Assembly (NCBI GenBank): GCA_965246725.1
Contig: CBDFFG010000006.1
Coordinates: forward strand, 232,800 to 296,799
DNA from: Asticcacaulis sp.
GTDB taxonomy: Bacteria > Pseudomonadota > Alphaproteobacteria > Caulobacterales > Caulobacteraceae
Direction of reading: 5' to 3'
Length of the DNA: 64,000 nt
Positions 36,840-45,386 of this stretch are shown here, in pieces. Under the pieces are notes generated by a model that ran no database searches, was not told where the DNA came from, and saw nothing but the letters and a program-made list of their open reading frames with translations. The first letter of the stretch is position 1. Each line of letters begins with the position of its first letter. The position numbers were made by a program, and so were the translations under genes.

Positions 36840-39800
36840 ATGTCGAGTGTTCATATCTTTGCCTATCCGACAACCAGTCCCAATCAGGACGAAAGCTATC
36901 TGTCGGGGTTCAAGAACCTGTTGGCGGCGGGGTTGTCGGCTGCGGCCGGGGAGGGGGCGCCTGTAACCGTCCGGATTGGTGTCGCCTGGTTGACGGGTAG
37001 CAATAGTCAGGTTCTGTCAGATGGGGTCAATGTGCAGTTCCTGCACACGACCAATGGTCTCCAGATAAAATTCGGCACATACGCGTATCTGGTAGAGGGG
37101 GCTGTCGACGCTTTTCTCAGCGCGGCGACGATCGAAGTCATCTCGACGGCCATATTCGCAACGCTTGGAATTGTTTTCGCCATCGATGCGCCGGTGCTGG
37201 CGGTGGTCGCGGCGGAGGCGGGCCTGGGTTTCCTATGGGACAGGTATCTTAGTCCGGTGACCGCGAGCGAAATCGCCGCGCTCAAAGGCGACTATACGCT
37301 GACATTATATAATACGCAAAACCAGAAGGTTATTGGTGGAGATTACAGCGATGATGCTCCCGAAAGCCTTATCAAGGCCGCTATGGCAGCGGTTCAGTTC
37401 GCGATCGACCATGGCCAGGAAAGCCAGTTGGCCAACGCGACGATAAAGGCAAACGAGCATCTGACTTCCGGTGTCAATATCACCGTATCCGCGTCGGCGG
37501 CATCGGGTGCAAGTTCGATTTTCGATGACATTTCAAGGCGGCTGCACGTTTCGCTGTCGGACTTTCTGAGTATGGATACGACGTCGAACCTGTACCGGTC
37601 GACGCTGAATGCGCCGAACTATCATCGCAACAGCGACTATTATGTGGTCGGCAAGACTGGCGTCGCCTATGTCCTGTCGCCGGATATCGATCCCAATACC
37701 ACCGAATTGCTGGCCGTACCCGTCACCATCGGCGGCAAGGTGCAGACCATCGACGTCGCCAGCGTATATGTTCAGAACAGCAGCGACCCGTCGGCTGCCG
37801 CGACCCATGTCTGGGGCAATTCATCGGACAATCATCTCGACACCCGGCTGCTGTTCGGCAAGATTGGTGGCGGGCAGATCCAGGCCGATGGCCATACGAC
37901 CCTGGTTGTCGGCAGTGATTATGCCGACACGATATCGGTCAACGATTCCCTGCTTACCTATTCCGACGACACGCTGGTCGGCGGTCTTGGCGACGACAGG
38001 ATATCCGGTGGCCGGGGTGATGATGTCATCGATGGCGGAGGTGGCGCCGATACGCTTTATGGCGGCGCTCATAGCGATACCGACACTCTGATCGGGGGAA
38101 CCGGAAAGGATACCTATATCGTCAATACCGGCGACGGCGCGCGCATCGTCATCTTTGACGACGGCGGCAACCTGACGATTGACGGCGCAGTCGTCGGAAG
38201 CGCCTTTGCGACCGCCAAGATCGGTGCCCTGGAAAGCGGGGTGGCGGTGTCGGACCCGGCCACTCGTACGTGGAGCCTGGGGCAATATACACTTTCTTGG
38301 TTGGGCTTGGATTTGACGCTTATTTCTGGAAATGAGCGGGTCATCCTCAAGAATTTCTATGATGGCGAGTACGGGATTTTCCTTGGATTGCCGCAGGTTA
38401 CGTCGCCGATTATCAGCGGTAACGATACGGCAAACGCCATAAGCGGGGCATCAGTACCGGCCGTCATCAATGGATTCGATGGCGATGACACGATCCGAGC
38501 AGGTAATGCGGGCGGTATTATTGCCGGCGGGCTCGGAGGGGATATTCTTTATGGAGGTCCGGGTGTTGACGTCTTTAAATATAATTCGGCATCAGAGTCG
38601 AAGGTAAATCCGCATATCACAAATGGTGGCATTGATACTATAATCGGATTTACACCCACCATAGACAAGATCGACATTTCTGGTTTGAATTTGCTGGGGC
38701 TAAGCACAAAAAATGGACCCGGATGGTCTGATGGAGGGGTGCATTTAATTGATATATATCAATTTAGTGATTCAAATGGCATTTACTCTACTCTGAGTGT
38801 AAATTCCGACGGAAATTATGGAGCAGTTCTCACAGTATCCGTGCAAGCGGCAATAACCGCTGCAGATATTGTGTCGACACCTCTCGGCACAAGTCAATTG
38901 GGCGTGGAGATGTACGCCAATTCTGGAGGCCTTACTCTGATTGGCGGAAGCGGCACTGACGGCCTCACGATCGGAGGGCAGTTTTCAGACGTGCTGTATG
39001 GCCGTGCCGGGAACGACATATTGAGCGACAACTCTTATGGCGGCTCCGCCACGATGTATGGCGGGCCAGGCGACGATGTCTATTATGTGTCTAATACGCA
39101 ATCTGTCGTGTCTGAAGCCACAGAACCGGGAATCGATGATGGCGGGCGCGACGTCGTCTCAGCCTATGTCGATTTCACCTTGGGGGATTTTATCGAGGAT
39201 CTGACACTCAACGGTAAGGGCATAACGGGCAATGGTAACAGTCTCGACAATTTTATGATTGCGAGAGGGCCCTACGACAGCCTTTATGGCGGTGGTGGTG
39301 ACGACATCTTTGAAGCTGATTACCAGACCTTTATCGACGGAGGAGCTGGTTCCAATACTCTGTACGTTTTTCAGAACACGGATAGTATAACCGTCTGGAC
39401 CGACGGGAAGGGATATATCCATTTCGACGGCAGCTTCCATGGATCGGGCGCACCTTCGGCCACCTTGGTGAATATCCAATATATTAATCTGCAAGGCGCG
39501 CTCTATTCGACTTCTTACATACCCGCCATCGTTAATGGATATGAAAACCTTCTGGGGCGAGCGCCGTCCGGCTCGGAGACTTTTTACTGGATCAACAGCT
39601 TTGCCAAGGGCACGACGGTTGCGGCCTTCAACAAGGTGCTGGCCAACGACGCCACCGGCAAGGCCAACGAGCCGGCCCTGGTCAAGTATCTCTATGACGG
39701 CTATTTCGGCCGTGATCCGTCGAGTTCGGAAACGACCTACTGGAGTGGGGCCCTGCAGTCGGGCGCGGCCAGCCTTGCGTCGCTGAACACCACGCTTGCC

Positions 39801-40997
39801 AATGACGGAGCGGGCAAGGCCAATGCCTATCTGTCGATCAAGGGGCTGTACGACGTCTATCTCGGCCGCGATCCGGGCGTGTCGGAGGTCAGCTACTGGT
39901 CGGGTGCGCTGAAGGCGGGAACCTATGACCTGCGCGGCTTCGAGCTGGTGCTGGCGGCGCAGGCCGGGGCCTCGGCCAATGCGGCTGCCTATGTGACCCA
40001 GGCCTACAAGACCTGGCTTGGCCATGCGCCCTCGACCTCGGACCTGAGCTACTGGACGGGGCAGTTCAACGATGGCGCCCTGACGCCGCTGCAACTGCGC
40101 CAGGCCCTGATCAACGACGCCTCTGGCCAGGCCTATATCAGTTCGGTCATCACCGCCGACTATACGGCCGACTTCGGCCGGGCGGCGACAAGCGCGGAGA
40201 TCACCACGTGGAAGGGGCTGATCGCCAATGGCGCCGGCTTCGTCACCCTGACCTCAGCCTTGCTGGGCGATGGCGGCGGCGCGACGGCCCGGACGATCAC
40301 CGCGACCTATGACAGCTATTTCGGGCGCGATCCGACGAACTCCGAGATGGCAGTGTGGCGCGGCATGCTGACCAGCGGCACGACGCAGGCCAGCATGCGC
40401 GCGACCCTGGTCAACGACGCTTCGGGCCAGGCGCATACGGTCAGCGAAGTGGGCACGCTCTACCAGGAATATTTCGGCCGGGCGGCGACGACGTCGGAGG
40501 TGAATGTGTGGAAGGGATTGGTGGCCAATGGCAGCACCTTCGTCCAGTTGCACGACGCCCTTGTCGGCGACGCTTCCGGCAAGGCCTATGCGGCGGCGGA
40601 GATCTCGCCTCTTTACCAGGCGATCGAGGGCCGGGCGGCGAGCACGGCCGAGGTGAACTACTGGACGGGGGTCTTCAACTCGGGCGCCAGCAATCTCGAC
40701 ACGTTCGTCGACACCCTGCTGCGCGATGGCGGTTCGAAGATCGTCCCGATGACGGTGGCTTCGGGTCATGCGGCGACGACCTTTGTCGATGTGCTCGATA
40801 CTCTGGTGATCAACGGCTTTGCCGCCGGCGACCAGGTCAATTTCCACGGAGCGGTCTTCGACAGCTACAATCCGCTCGACCACGCCGTCCAGGTCAATGG
40901 CGATGTGCTGATCTACGGGACCGACGCCACCCACTTCGTCCTGCTGGAGAACATCCAGCTGGCCAATCTGACGGCCGCGAACTTCATTCACGTGTAG
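36840..40997 (+). CDS. Large RTX protein: unknown hydrophobic N-terminal head plus shared C-terminal repeat module
   Basis: 1385-aa ORF, GGxGxD repeats, last ~460 aa nearly identical to the next gene. Confidence 0.88.
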   Translation: MSSVHIFAYPTTSPNQDESYLSGFKNLLAAGLSAAAGEGAPVTVRIGVAWLTGSNSQVLSDGVNVQFLHTTNGLQIKFGTYAYLVEGAVDAFLSAATIEVISTAIFATLGIVFAIDAPVLAVVAAEAGLGFLWDRYLSPVTASEIAALKGDYTLTLYNTQNQKVIGGDYSDDAPESLIKAAMAAVQFAIDHGQESQLANATIKANEHLTSGVNITVSASAASGASSIFDDISRRLHVSLSDFLSMDTTSNLYRSTLNAPNYHRNSDYYVVGKTGVAYVLSPDIDPNTTELLAVPVTIGGKVQTIDVASVYVQNSSDPSAAATHVWGNSSDNHLDTRLLFGKIGGGQIQADGHTTLVVGSDYADTISVNDSLLTYSDDTLVGGLGDDRISGGRGDDVIDGGGGADTLYGGAHSDTDTLIGGTGKDTYIVNTGDGARIVIFDDGGNLTIDGAVVGSAFATAKIGALESGVAVSDPATRTWSLGQYTLSWLGLDLTLISGNERVILKNFYDGEYGIFLGLPQVTSPIISGNDTANAISGASVPAVINGFDGDDTIRAGNAGGIIAGGLGGDILYGGPGVDVFKYNSASESKVNPHITNGGIDTIIGFTPTIDKIDISGLNLLGLSTKNGPGWSDGGVHLIDIYQFSDSNGIYSTLSVNSDGNYGAVLTVSVQAAITAADIVSTPLGTSQLGVEMYANSGGLTLIGGSGTDGLTIGGQFSDVLYGRAGNDILSDNSYGGSATMYGGPGDDVYYVSNTQSVVSEATEPGIDDGGRDVVSAYVDFTLGDFIEDLTLNGKGITGNGNSLDNFMIARGPYDSLYGGGGDDIFEADYQTFIDGGAGSNTLYVFQNTDSITVWTDGKGYIHFDGSFHGSGAPSATLVNIQYINLQGALYSTSYIPAIVNGYENLLGRAPSGSETFYWINSFAKGTTVAAFNKVLANDATGKANEPALVKYLYDGYFGRDPSSSETTYWSGALQSGAASLASLNTTLANDGAGKANAYLSIKGLYDVYLGRDPGVSEVSYWSGALKAGTYDLRGFELVLAAQAGASANAAAYVTQAYKTWLGHAPSTSDLSYWTGQFNDGALTPLQLRQALINDASGQAYISSVITADYTADFGRAATSAEITTWKGLIANGAGFVTLTSALLGDGGGATARTITATYDSYFGRDPTNSEMAVWRGMLTSGTTQASMRATLVNDASGQAHTVSEVGTLYQEYFGRAATTSEVNVWKGLVANGSTFVQLHDALVGDASGKAYAAAEISPLYQAIEGRAASTAEVNYWTGVFNSGASNLDTFVDTLLRDGGSKIVPMTVASGHAATTFVDVLDTLVINGFAAGDQVNFHGAVFDSYNPLDHAVQVNGDVLIYGTDATHFVLLENIQLANLTAANFIHV
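39608..40997 (+). repeat. 1.39-kb direct repeat, copy 1 (shared tail)
   Basis: Colinear with 43021-44410 at a constant offset of 3413, with scattered substitutions only. Confidence 0.95.
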
Positions 40998-41284
40998 CAA
41001 CAGGTGGCATGCCCATATCTGGATACCTCCCAGGCAGTTCATCGACAACCACGCCGCAGTGAAACATTTGGGCGGATAATGATGGCTTTGACACACTCTG
41101 CCTCGCTTGATTGTAGTTCTCCAAACGATCTGATAACCTCTCCTATTATCACGCAACCATCTTAAATCGATCGCGGTCCGCTATAAATTATCGGCGAGAT
41201 TAAATCTAAGATAGATGCGTGTTGTTCAATAGAATTGAAATGCATGGCTGAAAGCCAGAGCTTTTGAGATTTAATGGGGAATTC

Positions 41285-44200
41285 ATGTCACGCTTACTTA
41301 CCGATGTTCAGTCATTTGGCGACGTGATGGGGGGCAATAACGGTCAAAGTATCGCTTCGCTGGTGGCAAATAGTCCAGAACAGATGATTATTGCGCCAGG
41401 TTTTGGAGATTTGACCGGAGCGCAATATAGCCGAGATTTAATAGATCCGACGCACAGCAAAATTGTCCTGGGCTATATCGATGCCACTGAGGCGACGGCC
41501 GGGTTCAACTCCAGCCTTTATACGAATGGCGTTGCCCCCGCCTGGTTTGGCAACAAATCCCCCTACTATGGCATTCAATCCGTACAATATTGGAATCCCG
41601 CTTGGTTAAGTGAAGTATACAAGGAAATAGATGGTGTAATTTCGCAAGGTTATGATGGTGTCATGCTCGATGTCTTATACGGAGACAGCGAGTGGAGCGT
41701 TAATAACGTTTATGGAAATGCTGTAAACCCGAACGCAACATCTGAGCTTGCGACATTGCTTTCAAGCATCGTAAATTATGTCAATTCCAAGCATTTGGAT
41801 CATCCATTCTATCTTGTCGGCGCAAATCCAGATGGGATCGCCCGGCAGGATCCAAGCAGTATCACCCGGTTAAGCGGTATTTTCACTGACGGCTTGTATT
41901 ATAATGTCAATACGCCCGGTGTTTATGATGGCTTCAATGCGAGCCAGTACAAATCCCTGCTTCAAATCTATAATAACAGCGGATTGCCTGTTTTTGGTGA
42001 AGATTACCCGCCCGCGGGAGACGTGAACGCAGCTTTTCAGGCCTTCAGCTATTACTCTGCAATCGGATGGGTGCCGTCCATAAATCCCGGAACCCAGAAT
42101 GCCAGCTTCCTCGGAACGGGCCCTTTCATGTTCATGGCCACGTCCGGGGCCGCGACCGTCACGGGGGCACCAAATTTCGTTAATTTTCTGTCTGGTGGCC
42201 TTACTCCAGCAGCGACGTTGATTGGTGGAAATAAGGGCGACTACTTTATTGGTGGTCCGGGGACGAACCTCATCCAGGGTGGAGCCGGGAATGATACGAT
42301 ATATGCCCACCCAGCGACTGCCGGTCTTAAGAACGTGCTTGAGTTTTCATTCGTAGGCGGTGGTGTTAACCCGAAAACTACGCCGAGCATCGAAATACTG
42401 ATTAATGGCACGGTAGTGTTGCCGTTTACGGACATAACGCAAAATTACTATACTGTCGGGTATTCAAACCAGGTGCTCGATATCAATGCATCGACATATG
42501 GAAAAATACAAACCGTCGAAATTATTACAAAAAATTTATATTATACAAATTCGAATGATTTCAGTAATTTGTATCTAAAGGAATTAAGCTATAACGGAAA
42601 AGATGTAGACCTTAGCGGTGCTACATTAAAAACAAATACCTCATATGAAATAAAGAATAACGATATATTGTTTAATGTTGGGGGAGGTTTAAATTTTTCC
42701 TCCAGTCCTTTTGCGACCTCAAGCCCCTATTTGTTGAACACCTCCGATATTATCGACGGAGGAGCCGGTACCAATGTCGTTATATACCGGGGCTCTTCGG
42801 ATGGATACAAAATCGTCAGTCGTGGTGACGGGGCTCTGATCGTATCAAGTTCAGCGACCGCGGAGGGGCCCGATACACTAACGAACATCCAGCAAATCGT
42901 TTTTACCGACCGTACGATCGCCACTTTCAATGCAGCGGTAATTGTCGATGGCTATGAGAGCTTCTTCCACCGGGCACCGACGGCGGCGGAACTGGGTGTC
43001 TGGTCGTCGGCCCTGTCGTCGGGTACGACGGTTGCGGCCTTCAACAAGGTGCTGGCCAACGACGCCACCGGCAAGGCCAACGAACCGGCCCTGGTCAAGT
43101 ATCTCTATGACGGCTATTTCGGCCGTGATCCGTCGAGTTCGGAAACGACCTACTGGAGTGGGGCCCTGCAGTCGGGCGCGGCCAGTCTTGCGTCGCTGAA
43201 CACCACGCTTGCCAATGACGGAGCGGGCAAGGCCAATGCCTATCTGTCGATCAAGGGGCTTTACGATGTCTATCTCGGCCGCGATCCGGGCGTGTCGGAG
43301 GTCAGCTACTGGTCGGGTGCGCTGAAGGCGGGAACCTATGACCTGCGCGGCTTCGAGCTGGTGCTGGCGGCGCAGGCCGGGGCCTCGGCCAATGCGGCTG
43401 CCTATGTGACCCAGGCCTACAAGACCTGGCTTGGCCATGCGCCCTCGACCTCGGACCTGAGCTACTGGACGGGGCAGTTCAACGATGGCGCCCTGACGCC
43501 GCTGCAACTGCGCCAGGCCCTGATCAACGACGCCTCTGGCCAGGCCTATATCAGTTCGGTCATCACCGCCGACTATACGGCCGACTTCGGCCGGGCGGCG
43601 ACAAGCGCGGAGATCACCACGTGGAAGGGGCTGATCGCCAATGGCGCCGGCTTCGTCACCCTGACCTCAGCCTTGCTGGGCGATGGCGGGGGCACGACGG
43701 CCCGGACGATCACCGCGACCTATGACAGCTATTTCGGGCGCGACCCGACGAACTCCGAGATGGCGGTGTGGCGCGGCATGCTGACCAGCGGCACGACGCA
43801 GGCCAGCATGCGCGCGACCCTGGTCAACGACGCTTCGGGCCAGGCGCACACGGTCAGCGAAGTGGGCACGCTCTACCAGGAATATTTCGGCCGGGCGGCG
43901 ACGACGTCGGAGGTGAATGTGTGGAAGGGGCTGGTGGCCAATGGCAGCACCTTCGTCCAGTTGCACGACGCCCTCATCGGCGACGCATCGGGCAAGGCCT
44001 ATGCGGCGGCGGAGATCTCGCCTCTTTACCAGGCGATCGAGGGCCGGGCGGCGAGCACGGCCGAGGTGAACTACTGGACGGGGGTCTTCAACTCGGGCGC
44101 CAGCAATCTCGACACGTTCGTCGACACCCTGCTGCGCGATGGCGGTTCGAAGATCGTCCCGACGACAGTGGCGTCGGGTCATGCGGCGACGACCTTTGTC

Positions 44201-44410
44201 GATGTGCTCGATACCCTGGTGATCAATGGCTTTGCCGCCGGCGACCAGGTCAATTTCCACGGAGCGGTCTTCGACAGCTACAATCCGCTTGACCACGCCG
44301 TCCAGGTTAATGGCGATGTGTTGATCTACGGGCCCGATGCCACCCACTTCGTCCTGCTGGAGAACATCCAGTTGGCCAATCTGACGGCTGCGAACTTCAT
44401 GCACGTGTAA
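41285..44410 (+). CDS. GH114/PelA-like (MJ1477/TM1410-type) glycoside hydrolase with CBM-like domain and shared C-terminal module
   Basis: VLGYID, VQYWNPAW...ISQGYDGVMLD, VFGEDY; NLYLKELSYNG CBM60-like segment; shared tail. Confidence 0.8.
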   Translation: MSRLLTDVQSFGDVMGGNNGQSIASLVANSPEQMIIAPGFGDLTGAQYSRDLIDPTHSKIVLGYIDATEATAGFNSSLYTNGVAPAWFGNKSPYYGIQSVQYWNPAWLSEVYKEIDGVISQGYDGVMLDVLYGDSEWSVNNVYGNAVNPNATSELATLLSSIVNYVNSKHLDHPFYLVGANPDGIARQDPSSITRLSGIFTDGLYYNVNTPGVYDGFNASQYKSLLQIYNNSGLPVFGEDYPPAGDVNAAFQAFSYYSAIGWVPSINPGTQNASFLGTGPFMFMATSGAATVTGAPNFVNFLSGGLTPAATLIGGNKGDYFIGGPGTNLIQGGAGNDTIYAHPATAGLKNVLEFSFVGGGVNPKTTPSIEILINGTVVLPFTDITQNYYTVGYSNQVLDINASTYGKIQTVEIITKNLYYTNSNDFSNLYLKELSYNGKDVDLSGATLKTNTSYEIKNNDILFNVGGGLNFSSSPFATSSPYLLNTSDIIDGGAGTNVVIYRGSSDGYKIVSRGDGALIVSSSATAEGPDTLTNIQQIVFTDRTIATFNAAVIVDGYESFFHRAPTAAELGVWSSALSSGTTVAAFNKVLANDATGKANEPALVKYLYDGYFGRDPSSSETTYWSGALQSGAASLASLNTTLANDGAGKANAYLSIKGLYDVYLGRDPGVSEVSYWSGALKAGTYDLRGFELVLAAQAGASANAAAYVTQAYKTWLGHAPSTSDLSYWTGQFNDGALTPLQLRQALINDASGQAYISSVITADYTADFGRAATSAEITTWKGLIANGAGFVTLTSALLGDGGGTTARTITATYDSYFGRDPTNSEMAVWRGMLTSGTTQASMRATLVNDASGQAHTVSEVGTLYQEYFGRAATTSEVNVWKGLVANGSTFVQLHDALIGDASGKAYAAAEISPLYQAIEGRAASTAEVNYWTGVFNSGASNLDTFVDTLLRDGGSKIVPTTVASGHAATTFVDVLDTLVINGFAAGDQVNFHGAVFDSYNPLDHAVQVNGDVLIYGPDATHFVLLENIQLANLTAANFMHV
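43021..44410 (+). repeat. 1.39-kb direct repeat, copy 2 (shared tail)
   Basis: Matches 39608-40997. Confidence 0.95.
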
Positions 44411-44423
44411 GGGGCGAGGTTCG

Positions 44424-45137
44424 CTAGACGAAAGCCACCAGCCTGCGTCGCCGGATGGCTTTCAGGGCGATACCGGCAAGCAGGGGCGTAAGGCCGAGGA
44501 CGGCCAGTCCGGCCATCAGGGGGATGGAAAAGATGTCACCGTAAGTGTGGATCGAGGCGAGGCGCAGGCCGGCGCCAACGAAGACCACGGTAGCGAACAA
44601 CATGCTGAGTTGGCTGACCATGCAGAAGACGTGGGTGCGCATATTGGTGAGGCCCATCAGGACATTGACGGCGCCGAACGGCAGGACCGGCTGTAGACGC
44701 AGGCCGACCAGGTAGATGGCGCCATTGGCGGACAGGCCGGCATTGATAGTGTCGAGATGGCCTGGGAAGCGGCGCGTGACGGTATCGCGCAACAGGAACC
44801 GTGCGGTCCAGAAGGCCAGGGTGGCGCCAATGACTGAGGCAAACGACGCGAGGAGGACGCCCTGGGCAAGGCCGAACAGCGCGCCAGCGGCAAGGGCGCA
44901 CGGTATTTCGAGGGGAATGCACAGGGCGGTCACGGCGATGTAGGTCGCGAAGAAGGCCGTGGCGAAGAGCAGCGGATGTTCCGACCGGGTGGTGGTGAGG
45001 GCCGCGACGAGGGCTTGCAGGCGTTGCAGGTTGAATATGTCCTGCAGCGTAAGCGCGAGACACGCCATGGCTGCGATGGCGCAGAGGGCTGCGCCGGCGC
45101 GAACGGCTATGGAGCGGTTGGGCAGGACGAGCCGCAT
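44424..45137 (-). CDS. TVP38/TMEM64 (DedA/VTT domain) membrane protein
   Basis: AGALFG...GATLAFWTARFLLR and LRLQPVLPFGAVN motifs. Confidence 0.9.
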   Translation of the reverse strand: MRLVLPNRSIAVRAGAALCAIAAMACLALTLQDIFNLQRLQALVAALTTTRSEHPLLFATAFFATYIAVTALCIPLEIPCALAAGALFGLAQGVLLASFASVIGATLAFWTARFLLRDTVTRRFPGHLDTINAGLSANGAIYLVGLRLQPVLPFGAVNVLMGLTNMRTHVFCMVSQLSMLFATVVFVGAGLRLASIHTYGDIFSIPLMAGLAVLGLTPLLAGIALKAIRRRRLVAFV

Positions 45138-45386
45138 GGTGAGCCTGTGGGGGAGACGAAATACGCGAAAAGTTTACCTGTGAAATGGCTAAGCGCGTGA
45201 TGGGCAAGGTGATGGTGCGTGCAAGGATGTCATGCTGTGAGGGGCTGCCGTGGGCGCCGTCTGGCTGGCGCGTCCGGGCGTGGCGGCGCGGCTTAAGTCG
45301 AGAGAACTCCTATGTTCGGCATCGCTTCCTGATCGGACGGGAGGTTAGGGTCCGGCGTCGACAGGACGTTGCAGCGTGGTTTCCCC

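Noticed and set aside
39608-44410. Template/variable repeat pair of a diversity-generating retroelement
   Set aside because: The repeat is 1.39 kb, both copies are coding, the differences do not look adenine-specific, and there is no reverse transcriptase in the window.
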